IMG/VR virus record: IMGVR_UViG_2724679237_000010
Location: 1-26,568 of that record
Reading direction: 5' to 3' (one strand)
Source: a virus
Taxonomy: Duplodnaviria > Heunggongvirae > Uroviricota > Caudoviricetes
Length of the DNA: 26,568 nt
Under the pieces are notes generated by a model. The model searched no databases and was not told where the DNA came from. It was given only the letters and a program-made list of their open reading frames with translations. Shown here piece after piece: positions 18,442-25,962 of the stretch. Each line of letters opens with the position of its first letter. Position 1 is the stretch's first letter. Position numbers and translations under genes: made by a program.

Positions 18442-18895
18442 TCAGGGCTATCGCCAGCTCCTCTCGTAATACACTGCTCGCCTCCTGCGGCATTTCAGGC
18501 CACACCTTTTTCAATCGTGGTGGCCACGACTCGACGCGGGTACGTAATTCAACGGCGACGCGAGATACAGCTACGCTGATTAATTCAATTGGCGCGTAGC
18601 GTTTAGCAAGAATGCGACGTTTTACTCGTGCCATCAGGATTCGCTCCTGTCGTTCCTCATTTTTCAGCCACTGCTCGCGATTTTTTTCGGGAGAATTGTC
18701 CCCCACTTCCGGTTCGTCAGTACCAATTGTGTCGCGTCTATTACTCCGGAGATAATGAATATAAAAATGGCGCCAGGCATCAAGGTCCCAATCGCCACGT
18801 CCCTGTGGGACTGGAGCTCCCGGAAGTTTTGCAAGATCGCGCAGACGACGATCAGATAGCAGTAAATGTGCTGCGACCTCAGCCTGACTTGCCAT
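18329..18895 (-). CDS. Terminase small subunit (Nu1-like)
   Basis: 188-aa ORF directly upstream of the large subunit. N-terminal HTH-like segment (AEVAAHLLLSDRRLRDLAKLPGAPV) resembles the Nu1 N-terminus; GAGGA lies 7 nt before the ATG. Confidence 0.65.
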   Translation of the reverse strand: MASQAEVAAHLLLSDRRLRDLAKLPGAPVPQGRGDWDLDAWRHFYIHYLRSNRRDTIGTDEPEVGDNSPEKNREQWLKNEERQERILMARVKRRILAKRYAPIELISVAVSRVAVELRTRVESWPPRLKKVWPEMPQEASSVLREELAIALNELADIRVDFSDYDVSDIERDLDRVESLARDDTDDGG

Positions 18896-19248
18896 TAAAA
18901 ATCCTCACCGGAACCGGAAATACCCAAAATGAAAAAATACTAAAAATGAGTGAGTTTTTGCGCGTCTACCGACCCTCGGTGTTTTGGATTTCGGAAAGGA
19001 CCCGCGACCAGGGGGCTATCTCCCTTTCAGGACAGGAATCGGGGGCTCGCATCAGGTTCATCAAACTCGACTGTAGCCTCGCGGCGTACTTATTTGCATA
19101 CCTCAGCTTTGTGTATCTGATTATCAGCATAAGCTTTCACTTTGGCAGCGAGCCATCCTTTTGCGCTGTATCGATAGGCTACCGAACAAGTTTTCGATAT
19201 ATGTATATATCTTGAACTTATTGATATCCTTACAGAAAAAAAACAGCC

Positions 19249-19509
19249 ATGAGCACACAAAAAATGAACAGAGAAAAAACTGAAGCCTTAATGAGCGTAA
19301 TATTAAAAGAAGCTGACCCAAAAAAGTTTCCTGAGAAGTTATCAGAGGACGCCATCGTATCTTTTTATCGTGCGAACTCCTCTTATCTAAATTGTTCAAC
19401 TTTACGAGAATGGTTAAGCGGCGAAGCAGAGCCTTCAGATGAGATACTTCAGGAGATTATGGTTCAGAACAACTGGCGCGCAACAAAATGGTCAAATCAG
19501 TTACCTTAA
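19249..19509 (+). CDS. Hypothetical protein (moron, opposite strand to the late operon)
   Basis: 86-aa ORF in an AT-rich segment between the lysis cassette and the terminase genes, followed by a GCCGCC/GGCGGC hairpin at 19524-19548. Ribosome-binding site is weak. Confidence 0.4.
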   Translation: MSTQKMNREKTEALMSVILKEADPKKFPEKLSEDAIVSFYRANSSYLNCSTLREWLSGEAEPSDEILQEIMVQNNWRATKWSNQLP

Positions 19510-19777
19510 CCTGTTGAATGTGTGCCGCCTTGAAACAAAAAAGGCGGCCTCTCGTTTAAGTAAACGTTTCTTTCATCAGCCTCCAGCTCTTTGGCACATT
19601 GCGCAGTTGTTTTTTATACGTAGGCGAGCTGTTGCGACGCTCAGTCCCTGCGCGTCACACCATTCTTTCGGTGATACACATGATTTGACGTACTCGGACA
19701 GGAACTGCTTCTGAAGCTCAAGCCCAGTCCCGGTTTGCTCATGTAATTAAATCCTACTGTATTCTCATGGTGCCCAG

Positions 19778-20119
19778 ATGTCGTCTATGCTTTTAACTCG
19801 AACATTCAATGAAGAGAAATGCTCTATGGTTATTGGTATGCAGGAATCAAAAAATTGCCCTGTATGCGGCTCTGATGCCACGTGGACAAATCACGATACG
19901 TGCTGGAAAATTCATTGCAGTGGTTTTTGCGGTGATTTTTTAATCACAACCATTACGATAAATTATCTGAAGGGCGATGCACTAAGGCGTCTTGATGCCA
20001 TCGATCTATTAAAAGAGCCAACAACCCTCAAGACACCTTTAACAAACAAAATCCTTGCTGAATATGCTCGTACAAAACATCCCGTGCACATCTTTGAAGG
20101 TCACTATCCGGGCTACTAG
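19778..20119 (+). CDS. Hypothetical Cys-rich protein (possible zinc-ribbon); start may be the internal Met at 19826
   Basis: ORF contains CPVCG...C..HC..FC, a zinc-ribbon-like arrangement. AT-rich; converges on the next minus-strand gene at a palindrome. Confidence 0.4.
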   Translation: MSSMLLTRTFNEEKCSMVIGMQESKNCPVCGSDATWTNHDTCWKIHCSGFCGDFLITTITINYLKGDALRRLDAIDLLKEPTTLKTPLTNKILAEYARTKHPVHIFEGHYPGY

Positions 20120-20394
20120 TCAGTACTAGTAACTTTCGAAATAGGAGAAATTTTAGATGTGTGATAATTCATCTCGTCGATAGTCTGAGAAATTAACTCA
20201 CTCGCGCCATTTGCAACTGCAACGCGATAATGCGGTCCATTCCATCGACTAAAATCGGATCGTTCATAAATTACTACCTCATCCCCCACAGAAACCCTTA
20301 ACTCAGTGCTACCTACAGGTTCAATAGCGGAATTAGAATAAATGTCTTCAACACGACCGTGAAAAGGCCCACCAACGAACAAAAACTGTGACAT
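20116..20394 (-). CDS. Hypothetical protein
   Basis: 92-aa ORF with a good ribosome-binding site (AGGAAA about 7 nt before the ATG); no recognisable motif. Confidence 0.5.
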   Translation of the reverse strand: MSQFLFVGGPFHGRVEDIYSNSAIEPVGSTELRVSVGDEVVIYERSDFSRWNGPHYRVAVANGASELISQTIDEMNYHTSKISPISKVTSTD

Positions 20395-20532
20395 ATAATT
20401 TCCTATTAAAAAATAACCAGTTAAATCGGCATTTAAAAGTATGTCATATTTATGATTCTGTCTTTAGCACCTTTGTGTGGTCAGGTTGTCTGGGCCAAAT
20501 GACCAATCATCAATTCATTAAGATAAATTACC

Positions 20533-20727
20533 CTATTTTCCAACGGGGCATGAAGCCACTGCCCCGGTTGAATCAATACAACCACCGTTCGCAGTAGTAA
20601 TCTTCGTACCCGGCGCGATCATCACGTGTTTAATGCTGCTGCCGTCAGCGCGAGTCGCTTCGGTGTATGTCGAATGTGTACATCCTGCCAGCGTGAAGAA
20701 CGCGACAGCTAAGAGAAGTTTTTTCAC
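20533..20727 (-). CDS. Small lipoprotein (signal peptide + lipobox LAGC); candidate o-spanin-like lysis component or exclusion lipoprotein
   Basis: 64-aa ORF starting MKKLLLAVAFFTLAGC... (type II signal peptide with lipobox Cys), beginning 7 nt after the endolysin stop. Confidence 0.6.
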   Translation of the reverse strand: MKKLLLAVAFFTLAGCTHSTYTEATRADGSSIKHVMIAPGTKITTANGGCIDSTGAVASCPVGK

Positions 20728-20734
20728 GTTTTAC

Positions 20735-21214
20735 CTACGCTTCTGAGATAGATTTCTCAGCATTCACGAATGGAAGTGATTGTGGAACATCCGTTTGACC
20801 TGCTGGCCAGCGATAGCCGGTAACGCGTGAGCTCGGAAAAGCTTTGATATTTACTTCATCTGCCTGGTTACCCCCCAAAATCATTAAATCCCCGGCGGCA
20901 TTTTTCCCGACAACAAAGCCAACGTGGCCACCGCCAGACCGGGACAGAATAGCAATGCATCCATAGGCGGGTTCCTTCAGTTCATTACCCCAATCGAGAT
21001 AAGAATTCGCAGACTCAAAACGCGTTGAGCGAATACCCGCACGTTCCAGCATTGCCCCGGTGAAAGCAGCGCACCACGGGGTTTCATCATCCTTAATGCC
21101 GCCGCGTTTGATATCTTTCCAGTACTGCACAATTTCTGCAGCATGTTGCTTCCCTTTCATTTCCCGAATGCCGAGATTTTTTCGTGCCTCAATTAGCCAT
21201 TTAGGATCGGTCAT
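20735..21214 (-). CDS. Putative endolysin, CHAP / NlpC-P60-like peptidase (TIGR02594-like)
   Basis: 159-aa ORF with a Cys...His pair in CHAP-like context (ETPWCAAFTGAML ... GGGHVGFVVG). Lies downstream of two holin-like membrane protein genes. Confidence 0.65.
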   Translation of the reverse strand: MTDPKWLIEARKNLGIREMKGKQHAAEIVQYWKDIKRGGIKDDETPWCAAFTGAMLERAGIRSTRFESANSYLDWGNELKEPAYGCIAILSRSGGGHVGFVVGKNAAGDLMILGGNQADEVNIKAFPSSRVTGYRWPAGQTDVPQSLPFVNAEKSISEA

Positions 21215-21486
21215 TACCTGTCTCCTGTTATTTTTGAAATATTCCCTCGTGCCCGCCAGACAGCAATACAGATGGTGAGATTGAGAAAGAACTCTGCGGG
21301 ATCAACCTGCGTATATTTCCCGTAAAAAATTCGTAGGGCTATCCACGCAGCAGACAGAATCGCCAGGTAAGCAGTTAGTGAGATAAAAAAACGATAGCGG
21401 CCTGTTTTTTGAAAAAACATCAACCGTAGTGCCAGCATCAGACAGATAATTGCATTGGCATTGATGAGGACAGAGTGCAGGGTCAT
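21214..21486 (-). CDS. Holin-like / antiholin membrane protein
   Basis: 90-aa ORF with 2-3 predicted TM segments, between the holin-like and endolysin genes with overlapping start/stop. Confidence 0.5.
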   Translation of the reverse strand: MTLHSVLINANAIICLMLALRLMFFQKTGRYRFFISLTAYLAILSAAWIALRIFYGKYTQVDPAEFFLNLTICIAVWRARGNISKITGDR

Positions 21487-21869
21487 TATTTCATCCCCTT
21501 ATCTGATTTCCATAAACGAGCTTGTGACATGATCCGCAACAGTGATGTAACGCTGATTACTGATGCAACCAGTGCACCAATGGCGGGAGAGACTTTTACT
21601 GTTACGGGAGGGTTCAGGTGACTCAGCACCGCGTTCAGAATACCGGTAATGATTGCTGACGCTGTCTCAGCGCAATACACACCGCCAACAAACGAAATGA
21701 GTGCGAAAATAACCTGCTTCCAGAATCGATGCTGCCCGGATGACAACACATAGAGAGCTGCGCCTGCCAGCGCACAGATCATCACTGCAGGTGTTGCCTC
21801 AGGAAATAACGCAGCAAACGTCACCCCCGCCGAGCCAGCAGCAACGCCAGCGGTTAGAGGTTCAGACAT
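21486..21869 (-). CDS. Putative holin (multi-TM small membrane protein)
   Basis: 127-aa ORF with 3 hydrophobic segments and a charged C-terminus; first gene after the Q-like gene and a promoter/terminator-like element. Confidence 0.55.
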   Translation of the reverse strand: MSEPLTAGVAAGSAGVTFAALFPEATPAVMICALAGAALYVLSSGQHRFWKQVIFALISFVGGVYCAETASAIITGILNAVLSHLNPPVTVKVSPAIGALVASVISVTSLLRIMSQARLWKSDKGMK

Positions 21870-21883
21870 GATTTTTCCTGATT

Positions 21884-21913
21884 CAGAAACGACAAAACCC
21901 CGCCGTGGCGAGG
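21884..21913 (-). terminator. Intrinsic terminator-like hairpin between the Q-like gene and the holin gene (tR'-like)
   Basis: On the minus strand: CCUCGC-CACG-GCGGGG (6-bp stem with one G-U pair) followed by UUUUGUCGUUUCU. Confidence 0.45.
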
Positions 21914-21949
21914 TTCTTAGAAATTTGGCAATATACCAAATTAGCGTTA

Positions 21950-21978
21950 AATATGGCCTATTTTGTTCGGTTTCGCAA
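21950..21978 (-). promoter_or_regulatory. Candidate late promoter (pR'-like)
   Basis: Minus-strand TTGCGA (-35-like, plus 21973-21978), 17-nt spacer, CATATT (-10-like, plus 21950-21955), directly downstream of the Q-like gene stop. Confidence 0.3.
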
Positions 21979-21981
21979 GCA

Positions 21982-22653
21982 TTATACGTAAACGTCGTCT
22001 AAATGGTTCTGATAATGATGCAAAGTTGCAAGAAGTGCCATTTCATCAAGTGCTCTCACCGCCTCTTTCATTCCTGCCCAGTGCGGGGAGTATGTTTCGC
22101 ACCAGGTGGAACGAGAAACAGACAACATTCCAGCTAGCGCAGACCCGGCCATCTCCTTAAAATCCTCGCGTTTATTTGCTGCTGCAACCGCCTGCACGGA
22201 CAACCACACCAACGATAGCAGGCGCTTAACTACTTTTCTCTGAGTTGACGCGGGGATGTGTCCTTTATAGCGACTCCAGACAGCCTCACAAATAGCTGTT
22301 TGGTGTTTGAACGCCAGGTTACCACCGTAGCAATAACGCAACCACGCTTGCTGACTTGCATCCAGCGAGTTCACAGAACGCCGCCAGGATGAATCAGCAA
22401 ATTCAAAATCATTCATCGGCGGCGCGGGGCGACGTCTGCTGAAACTTTCCAGAGCGTAAACTGGCGTAACCAGAGCATCAACGGTCCGGTCCTCCAGCTG
22501 CACACGGTGAATATGTTTGCGTGGGTATGCGTTTTTGTCTGCCGGTGGGTGCTCACACAATGCTTCCAGCTGCCCCTTAGAACCACCAGACAAATCCCGC
22601 AATGCAGCGCGCAGTTTTATGCGGGTATATTCCAATAAATACTCGTTACTCAT
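21982..22653 (-). CDS. Putative late-gene antiterminator (Q-like), assigned by position
   Basis: 223-aa ORF immediately upstream of the promoter/terminator-like element and lysis cassette, and downstream of nin-type genes. No sequence motif recognised. Confidence 0.45.
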   Translation of the reverse strand: MSNEYLLEYTRIKLRAALRDLSGGSKGQLEALCEHPPADKNAYPRKHIHRVQLEDRTVDALVTPVYALESFSRRRPAPPMNDFEFADSSWRRSVNSLDASQQAWLRYCYGGNLAFKHQTAICEAVWSRYKGHIPASTQRKVVKRLLSLVWLSVQAVAAANKREDFKEMAGSALAGMLSVSRSTWCETYSPHWAGMKEAVRALDEMALLATLHHYQNHLDDVYV

Positions 22654-22946
22654 CAGATAAACTCCTCATCGCGCCAGATAGCCAGTGTTCTGAAAACTCC
22701 CTCAGCGTGCATCAACAGCAATGAGTCGTGCTCGTAATCCGTTTTTGTACGTCCGTCGATAGCATCGTGACACGCACTACAGGCGATAGCACCCTGCATA
22801 TCATGAGGTTTGATGGCTGTGCCGCACGTTCCGGCGAGACGATAATGAGCCAGTACGCTGGTTTCAGGATTGTGATTGCACACACCGGGGATACGCACAG
22901 TACAAGCGCGACCACGTGCAGCTTTTCTCAGGTCGATTTTTTTCAT
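22653..22946 (-). CDS. YbcO-like lambdoid nin-region protein (DUF1364-type, Cys-rich putative nuclease)
   Basis: 97-aa ORF strongly resembling E. coli DLP12 YbcO as I recall it (..DLRKAARGR.C.VRIPGVCN.NPETSVLAH.RL.G.CGT..KP.D....ACSACHD.ID.RT..). Confidence 0.85.
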   Translation of the reverse strand: MKKIDLRKAARGRACTVRIPGVCNHNPETSVLAHYRLAGTCGTAIKPHDMQGAIACSACHDAIDGRTKTDYEHDSLLLMHAEGVFRTLAIWRDEEFI

Positions 22947-23539
22947 GATGTGTAATCCAGCAGCTGCGCGGCAGCATTTTCAGCGGCCTCCTGAGAGGCA
23001 AACGTGCGGAACAAAATATAATTCCACAGCACATCTAAAACGGCTGAATACAGTTGACCGAACTCAAGATCGTCCATCGCAGCAAACGAGATTGAACGAG
23101 GTACGCGCATCAAACTGCCATCCGGCATCTGATGAATGTCATAAAACCCAGCTTCCATAATCGCCCAGGCGCGAAACGCCTCGAACGACTTCACCGCACT
23201 GATATTCCCCGCGCGCTTTTCCGACTCATCGAGAAGATACTGATCAGCCAGCTCTGCCATGACATCACCGTGTCCACCGTAATACGCCAGTAACTTAACG
23301 TAGCCATGGACCAGTTCGCGCTCCGCAGGAGAAATAGCCCCTCCGGACGGATGCCAGTAATCAAAGCCCAGGTTTAGAAGTGAGAAAAATTTACGATGAA
23401 ACGTGGGATTACGCGCCTGTTTGAAATCTGCATACACAACAGCACCTGGTTTGACTCGTTCAGTCAACCAGCGTTGCGTGTCTGGTGTCGCGGGTATTAG
23501 CGAACCGCCGGATACCCTGATAAATGAATGCTGCGCCAT
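22943..23539 (-). CDS. Conserved lambdoid prophage nin-region protein (DUF1367-like)
   Basis: 198-aa ORF coupled to the YbcO-like gene by an ATGA overlap. Family assignment is from memory and uncertain. Confidence 0.6.
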   Translation of the reverse strand: MAQHSFIRVSGGSLIPATPDTQRWLTERVKPGAVVYADFKQARNPTFHRKFFSLLNLGFDYWHPSGGAISPAERELVHGYVKLLAYYGGHGDVMAELADQYLLDESEKRAGNISAVKSFEAFRAWAIMEAGFYDIHQMPDGSLMRVPRSISFAAMDDLEFGQLYSAVLDVLWNYILFRTFASQEAAENAAAQLLDYTS

Positions 23540-23616
23540 GTTTAACTCCAGGTGGCGCGGCAGTGTTCAGAAAATGGTGCCGGGTGTTCAATCCAACACC
23601 GATATTATACCGTGTT

Positions 23617-23796
23617 TTACGCGTCAGGGGGTGTAATAGTATATCCAGCTATTTCTGCCAACTCGAGAAACGCCATCAGGCTGGCAATCCGTTCATCATC
23701 GGTCAGAACACGCACACCAACGATGTGTCCGTCCTTACGCTTGATAACAGCCCGGCATGTTTCCGGTAGTTCGCCTATAGATTCTTGAATATTCAT
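23617..23796 (-). CDS. Small hypothetical protein (59 aa), absent from the supplied ORF track
   Basis: I translated it by hand: MNIQESIGELPETCRAVIKRKDGHIVGVRVLTDDERIASLMAFLELAEIAGYTITPPDA. Strong SD-like AGGGGGAAG a few nt before the ATG. Confidence 0.4.
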   Translation of the reverse strand: MNIQESIGELPETCRAVIKRKDGHIVGVRVLTDDERIASLMAFLELAEIAGYTITPPDA

Positions 23797-23910
23797 GTCT
23801 TCCCCCTAACGCCATTACCTGTACATTTATACAGTATTTTATGGCATTTGTCATAACGCCAAATACAATGAGGGAATAATGAACAATTATATTCACATCG
23901 TGAATTTTAT

Positions 23911-23941
23911 TAAACGGTTTTATAGGGGATTAAACCGTTTA
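23911..23941. promoter_or_regulatory. Perfect 10-bp inverted repeat TAAACGGTTT-N11-AAACCGTTTA just downstream of the 213-aa ORF
   Basis: Read directly from the sequence. A second palindrome, ATTCAC-ATC-GTGAAT, lies at 23891-23905. Confidence 0.35.
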
Positions 23942-23947
23942 TGGGCA

Positions 23948-24589
23948 TTATTTATCACTCCTGTAAATTGAAATTAACCATTTTCTAATCGTCGAGGCTG
24001 CAGGTGGGTCAGAGTATTTCGCCACAAAAATACCGGATATGTACTGCACACCACGCGATAATGGCGCTGTCGGGTTTTCAGTAAAAAAACGATCAGCCAG
24101 TTCAATGGCTTCGCTTTTTAATCTGTGCTGTGGTCGTCCTCCGCCCTTTGTTCCCAGGTATCGCGCCAGTTGTTTGAAACGGTAGGCAATGATTAACGGT
24201 CGCATCATCATATTGAAAAAATCTCGGGCATCATTGTCAGCGCCTTGCGCTATCAACAGTGCAAAAAACAGATACGGGATTGTGTACACTTCAGGGGATA
24301 TACGAATCCGTTCACAGGTTGGTGGAGCCAATTTAATAAGTAAGTCAGCCAGCGAGTTCCCCTTTTCTCCACGTTTGTAATAGCGATACAGCGGCCCGAT
24401 ATCGAGTTTACTCACATCGATTTCAGGATGCCCGGCAACGGCTGTACGTACCTCTTCTGCCAGAGCGTCAAATATTGCCCCGGTCCGTTCAAGATAGAGC
24501 CTCCGGGTCGAGCCGCGATCATCCAACGCCCGTAACATATCTAACCGGCTAACGAAAGTTTCAGGCCAGTCCTCATAGAAAGTTTTCAT
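23948..24589 (-). CDS. Hypothetical protein, first gene of the leftward transcription unit
   Basis: Start placed at ATG 24589 (MKTFYEDW...) with GAGGT 5 nt upstream. The longest ORF begins at a GTG at 24625. No recognisable domain. Confidence 0.6.
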   Translation of the reverse strand: MKTFYEDWPETFVSRLDMLRALDDRGSTRRLYLERTGAIFDALAEEVRTAVAGHPEIDVSKLDIGPLYRYYKRGEKGNSLADLLIKLAPPTCERIRISPEVYTIPYLFFALLIAQGADNDARDFFNMMMRPLIIAYRFKQLARYLGTKGGGRPQHRLKSEAIELADRFFTENPTAPLSRGVQYISGIFVAKYSDPPAASTIRKWLISIYRSDK

Positions 24590-24832
24590 AATTACCTCGA
24601 ATAATAAAAATTGCATTATTTGCACAATTTATTATTCGTTTTCACGCCGCTGAGTTCTATAAAAAAGAAAAAACCTCCGAGGCAGGGTTTTGTTATGGCT
24701 CGTTAAATCATCATCCAACTTTTTAGACTGAACGGTGATACTTGCAAATATTTGAAAATATGGGCTGGAACCCTATCTTATGATGTGCCTGGTAATTTAT
24801 ATTGTTGGGTCTTTATATCATGAGGAATCACT

Positions 24833-25066
24833 ATGGGTACGTTAGGCAACCAGCCGTGCAGAAGTCGTTATGAGTTCGATGATTTTAATTTAGCCAATCG
24901 AGCTGCGGCTCTTACTAAGTTAGCAAAAGAAACTGGTGTATCGGTGGATACCTTAATCAAACTTGAAATTGCTATGCAACTGAATCGGCTCAACTCCATC
25001 CTTATCGAAAACGGTGACAAGATGGACGAGAATCTGGCAGGTATTGGCGAGATACTGCAGAAGTGA
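24833..25066 (+). CDS. Small putative DNA-binding protein (HTH, MerR/excisionase-like)
   Basis: 77-aa ORF with GAGGAA 7 nt before the ATG. The segment LTKLAKETGVSVDTLIKLEIAM fits a helix-turn-helix pattern (..GVS..TL..). Confidence 0.5.
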   Translation: MGTLGNQPCRSRYEFDDFNLANRAAALTKLAKETGVSVDTLIKLEIAMQLNRLNSILIENGDKMDENLAGIGEILQK

Positions 25067-25071
25067 GAGTA

Positions 25072-25091
25072 GCCCCTCTTCTGAGGGGTTG
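25072..25091 (+). terminator. Hairpin terminator candidate after the HTH gene
   Basis: CCCCTC-TTCT-GAGGGG, extendable to 8 bp, followed by TTGCACATTT (weak U-tract). Confidence 0.4.
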
Positions 25092-25373
25092 CACATTTAA
25101 AATATTAAGGGCGGTCTTCTTCACGTACACAGTCACCTGGTCGAATCGTTCACGCATACTGAGTACAAAAAATCTCAACGATAAGATCAGGTTAGACCTG
25201 TATTTTTCAGAAACATATGGACGCCTAAAAAAACACTAAACTCATGATTATCATGTATGTTTTTACTGGAAACATTGAACCATCCACAATACAGCGTAAA
25301 AAGCAAGCAATTCACAAGATTTTAAAGTGATTTATCTGGAAGACTTTACTACTAACAGTTAATATCGTACCAG

Positions 25374-25392
25374 AAGTGCAGAATTTGCACTT
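25374..25392. promoter_or_regulatory. Operator-like palindrome AAGTGCA-GAATT-TGCACTT upstream of the ImmA-like gene
   Basis: Perfect 7-bp inverted repeat with 5-nt spacer, nested inside a second inverted repeat CGTACCA...TGGTACG (25366-25410), about 75 nt upstream of the start at 25465. Confidence 0.35.
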
Positions 25393-25464
25393 TTACAGGA
25401 ATGTGGTACGGAACATGCTGTCTATATTTCAACCAATAATCGTAATGCAGTAACTGGAGGAGCT

Positions 25465-25953
25465 ATGGCTACCAACCCAAGAGAGCACGCCCGGCGAGTG
25501 CTGGACACGTTCTGGTGCGGGCGTGGTTTCCCTGTTGATCCAGCGAAAATTGCTCACGACATGGGATTAGATGTTTTTATTACCGATCTTCCTGGGAAAG
25601 TTTCTGGCGCACTGATTAAACAAAAAGATCAAGATCCAGCGATCTTTCTAAACAGTGATGACAACAAAGTTCGTCAACGTTTTTCATGTGGGCATGAGTT
25701 GGGGCATTACATCGCCCGACAAGCATCGCATAGCGATGAATATGAGTACGTTGATTTACGTGGCGAAACCGCAAGCGCCGGAACGCATCCTGATGAAATT
25801 TTTGCGAACAAGTTCGCAGCAGAACTTCTGATGCCGGTTGATGAGGTCAGAAAACTGCACGCTGACGGTCAACCAAGTTATATAATGGCGCATTATTTTG
25901 GCGTATCTGACGATGCGATGACTTATCGTTTAAAGAACTTGAGGTTGGGGTAA
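25465..25953 (+). CDS. ImmA/IrrE-family zinc metallopeptidase (HExxH; COG2856 / DUF955-like)
   Basis: 162-aa ORF with GGAGGAG 6 nt before the ATG and the motif FSCGHELGHYIARQ (HExxH). Size is typical of ImmA/IrrE-type peptidases. Confidence 0.8.
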   Translation: MATNPREHARRVLDTFWCGRGFPVDPAKIAHDMGLDVFITDLPGKVSGALIKQKDQDPAIFLNSDDNKVRQRFSCGHELGHYIARQASHSDEYEYVDLRGETASAGTHPDEIFANKFAAELLMPVDEVRKLHADGQPSYIMAHYFGVSDDAMTYRLKNLRLG

Positions 25954-25962
25954 CGCTTTAAA

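Noticed and set aside
18628-19215. 195-aa plus-strand ORF spanning the small terminase gene and the putative cos region
   Set aside because: It overlaps the small terminase gene antisense and runs through a non-coding GC-rich block; more likely an open frame by chance than a gene.
19124-19399. 91-aa minus-strand ORF
   Set aside because: Phe/Leu/Cys-rich translation of AT-rich DNA, largely antisense to the 19249..19509 ORF; a low-complexity artefact.
20533-20727. Calling the lipoprotein a definite Rz1 o-spanin
   Set aside because: No partner i-spanin ORF is visible and the protein lacks the proline-rich character of lambda Rz1; I kept it as a lipoprotein of uncertain role.
25245-25328. 27-aa ORF (MIIMYVFTGNIEPSTIQRKKQAIHKILK) in the leader upstream of the peptidase gene
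   Set aside because: No ribosome-binding site and an AT-rich context; it could be a leader peptide but there is no supporting evidence.
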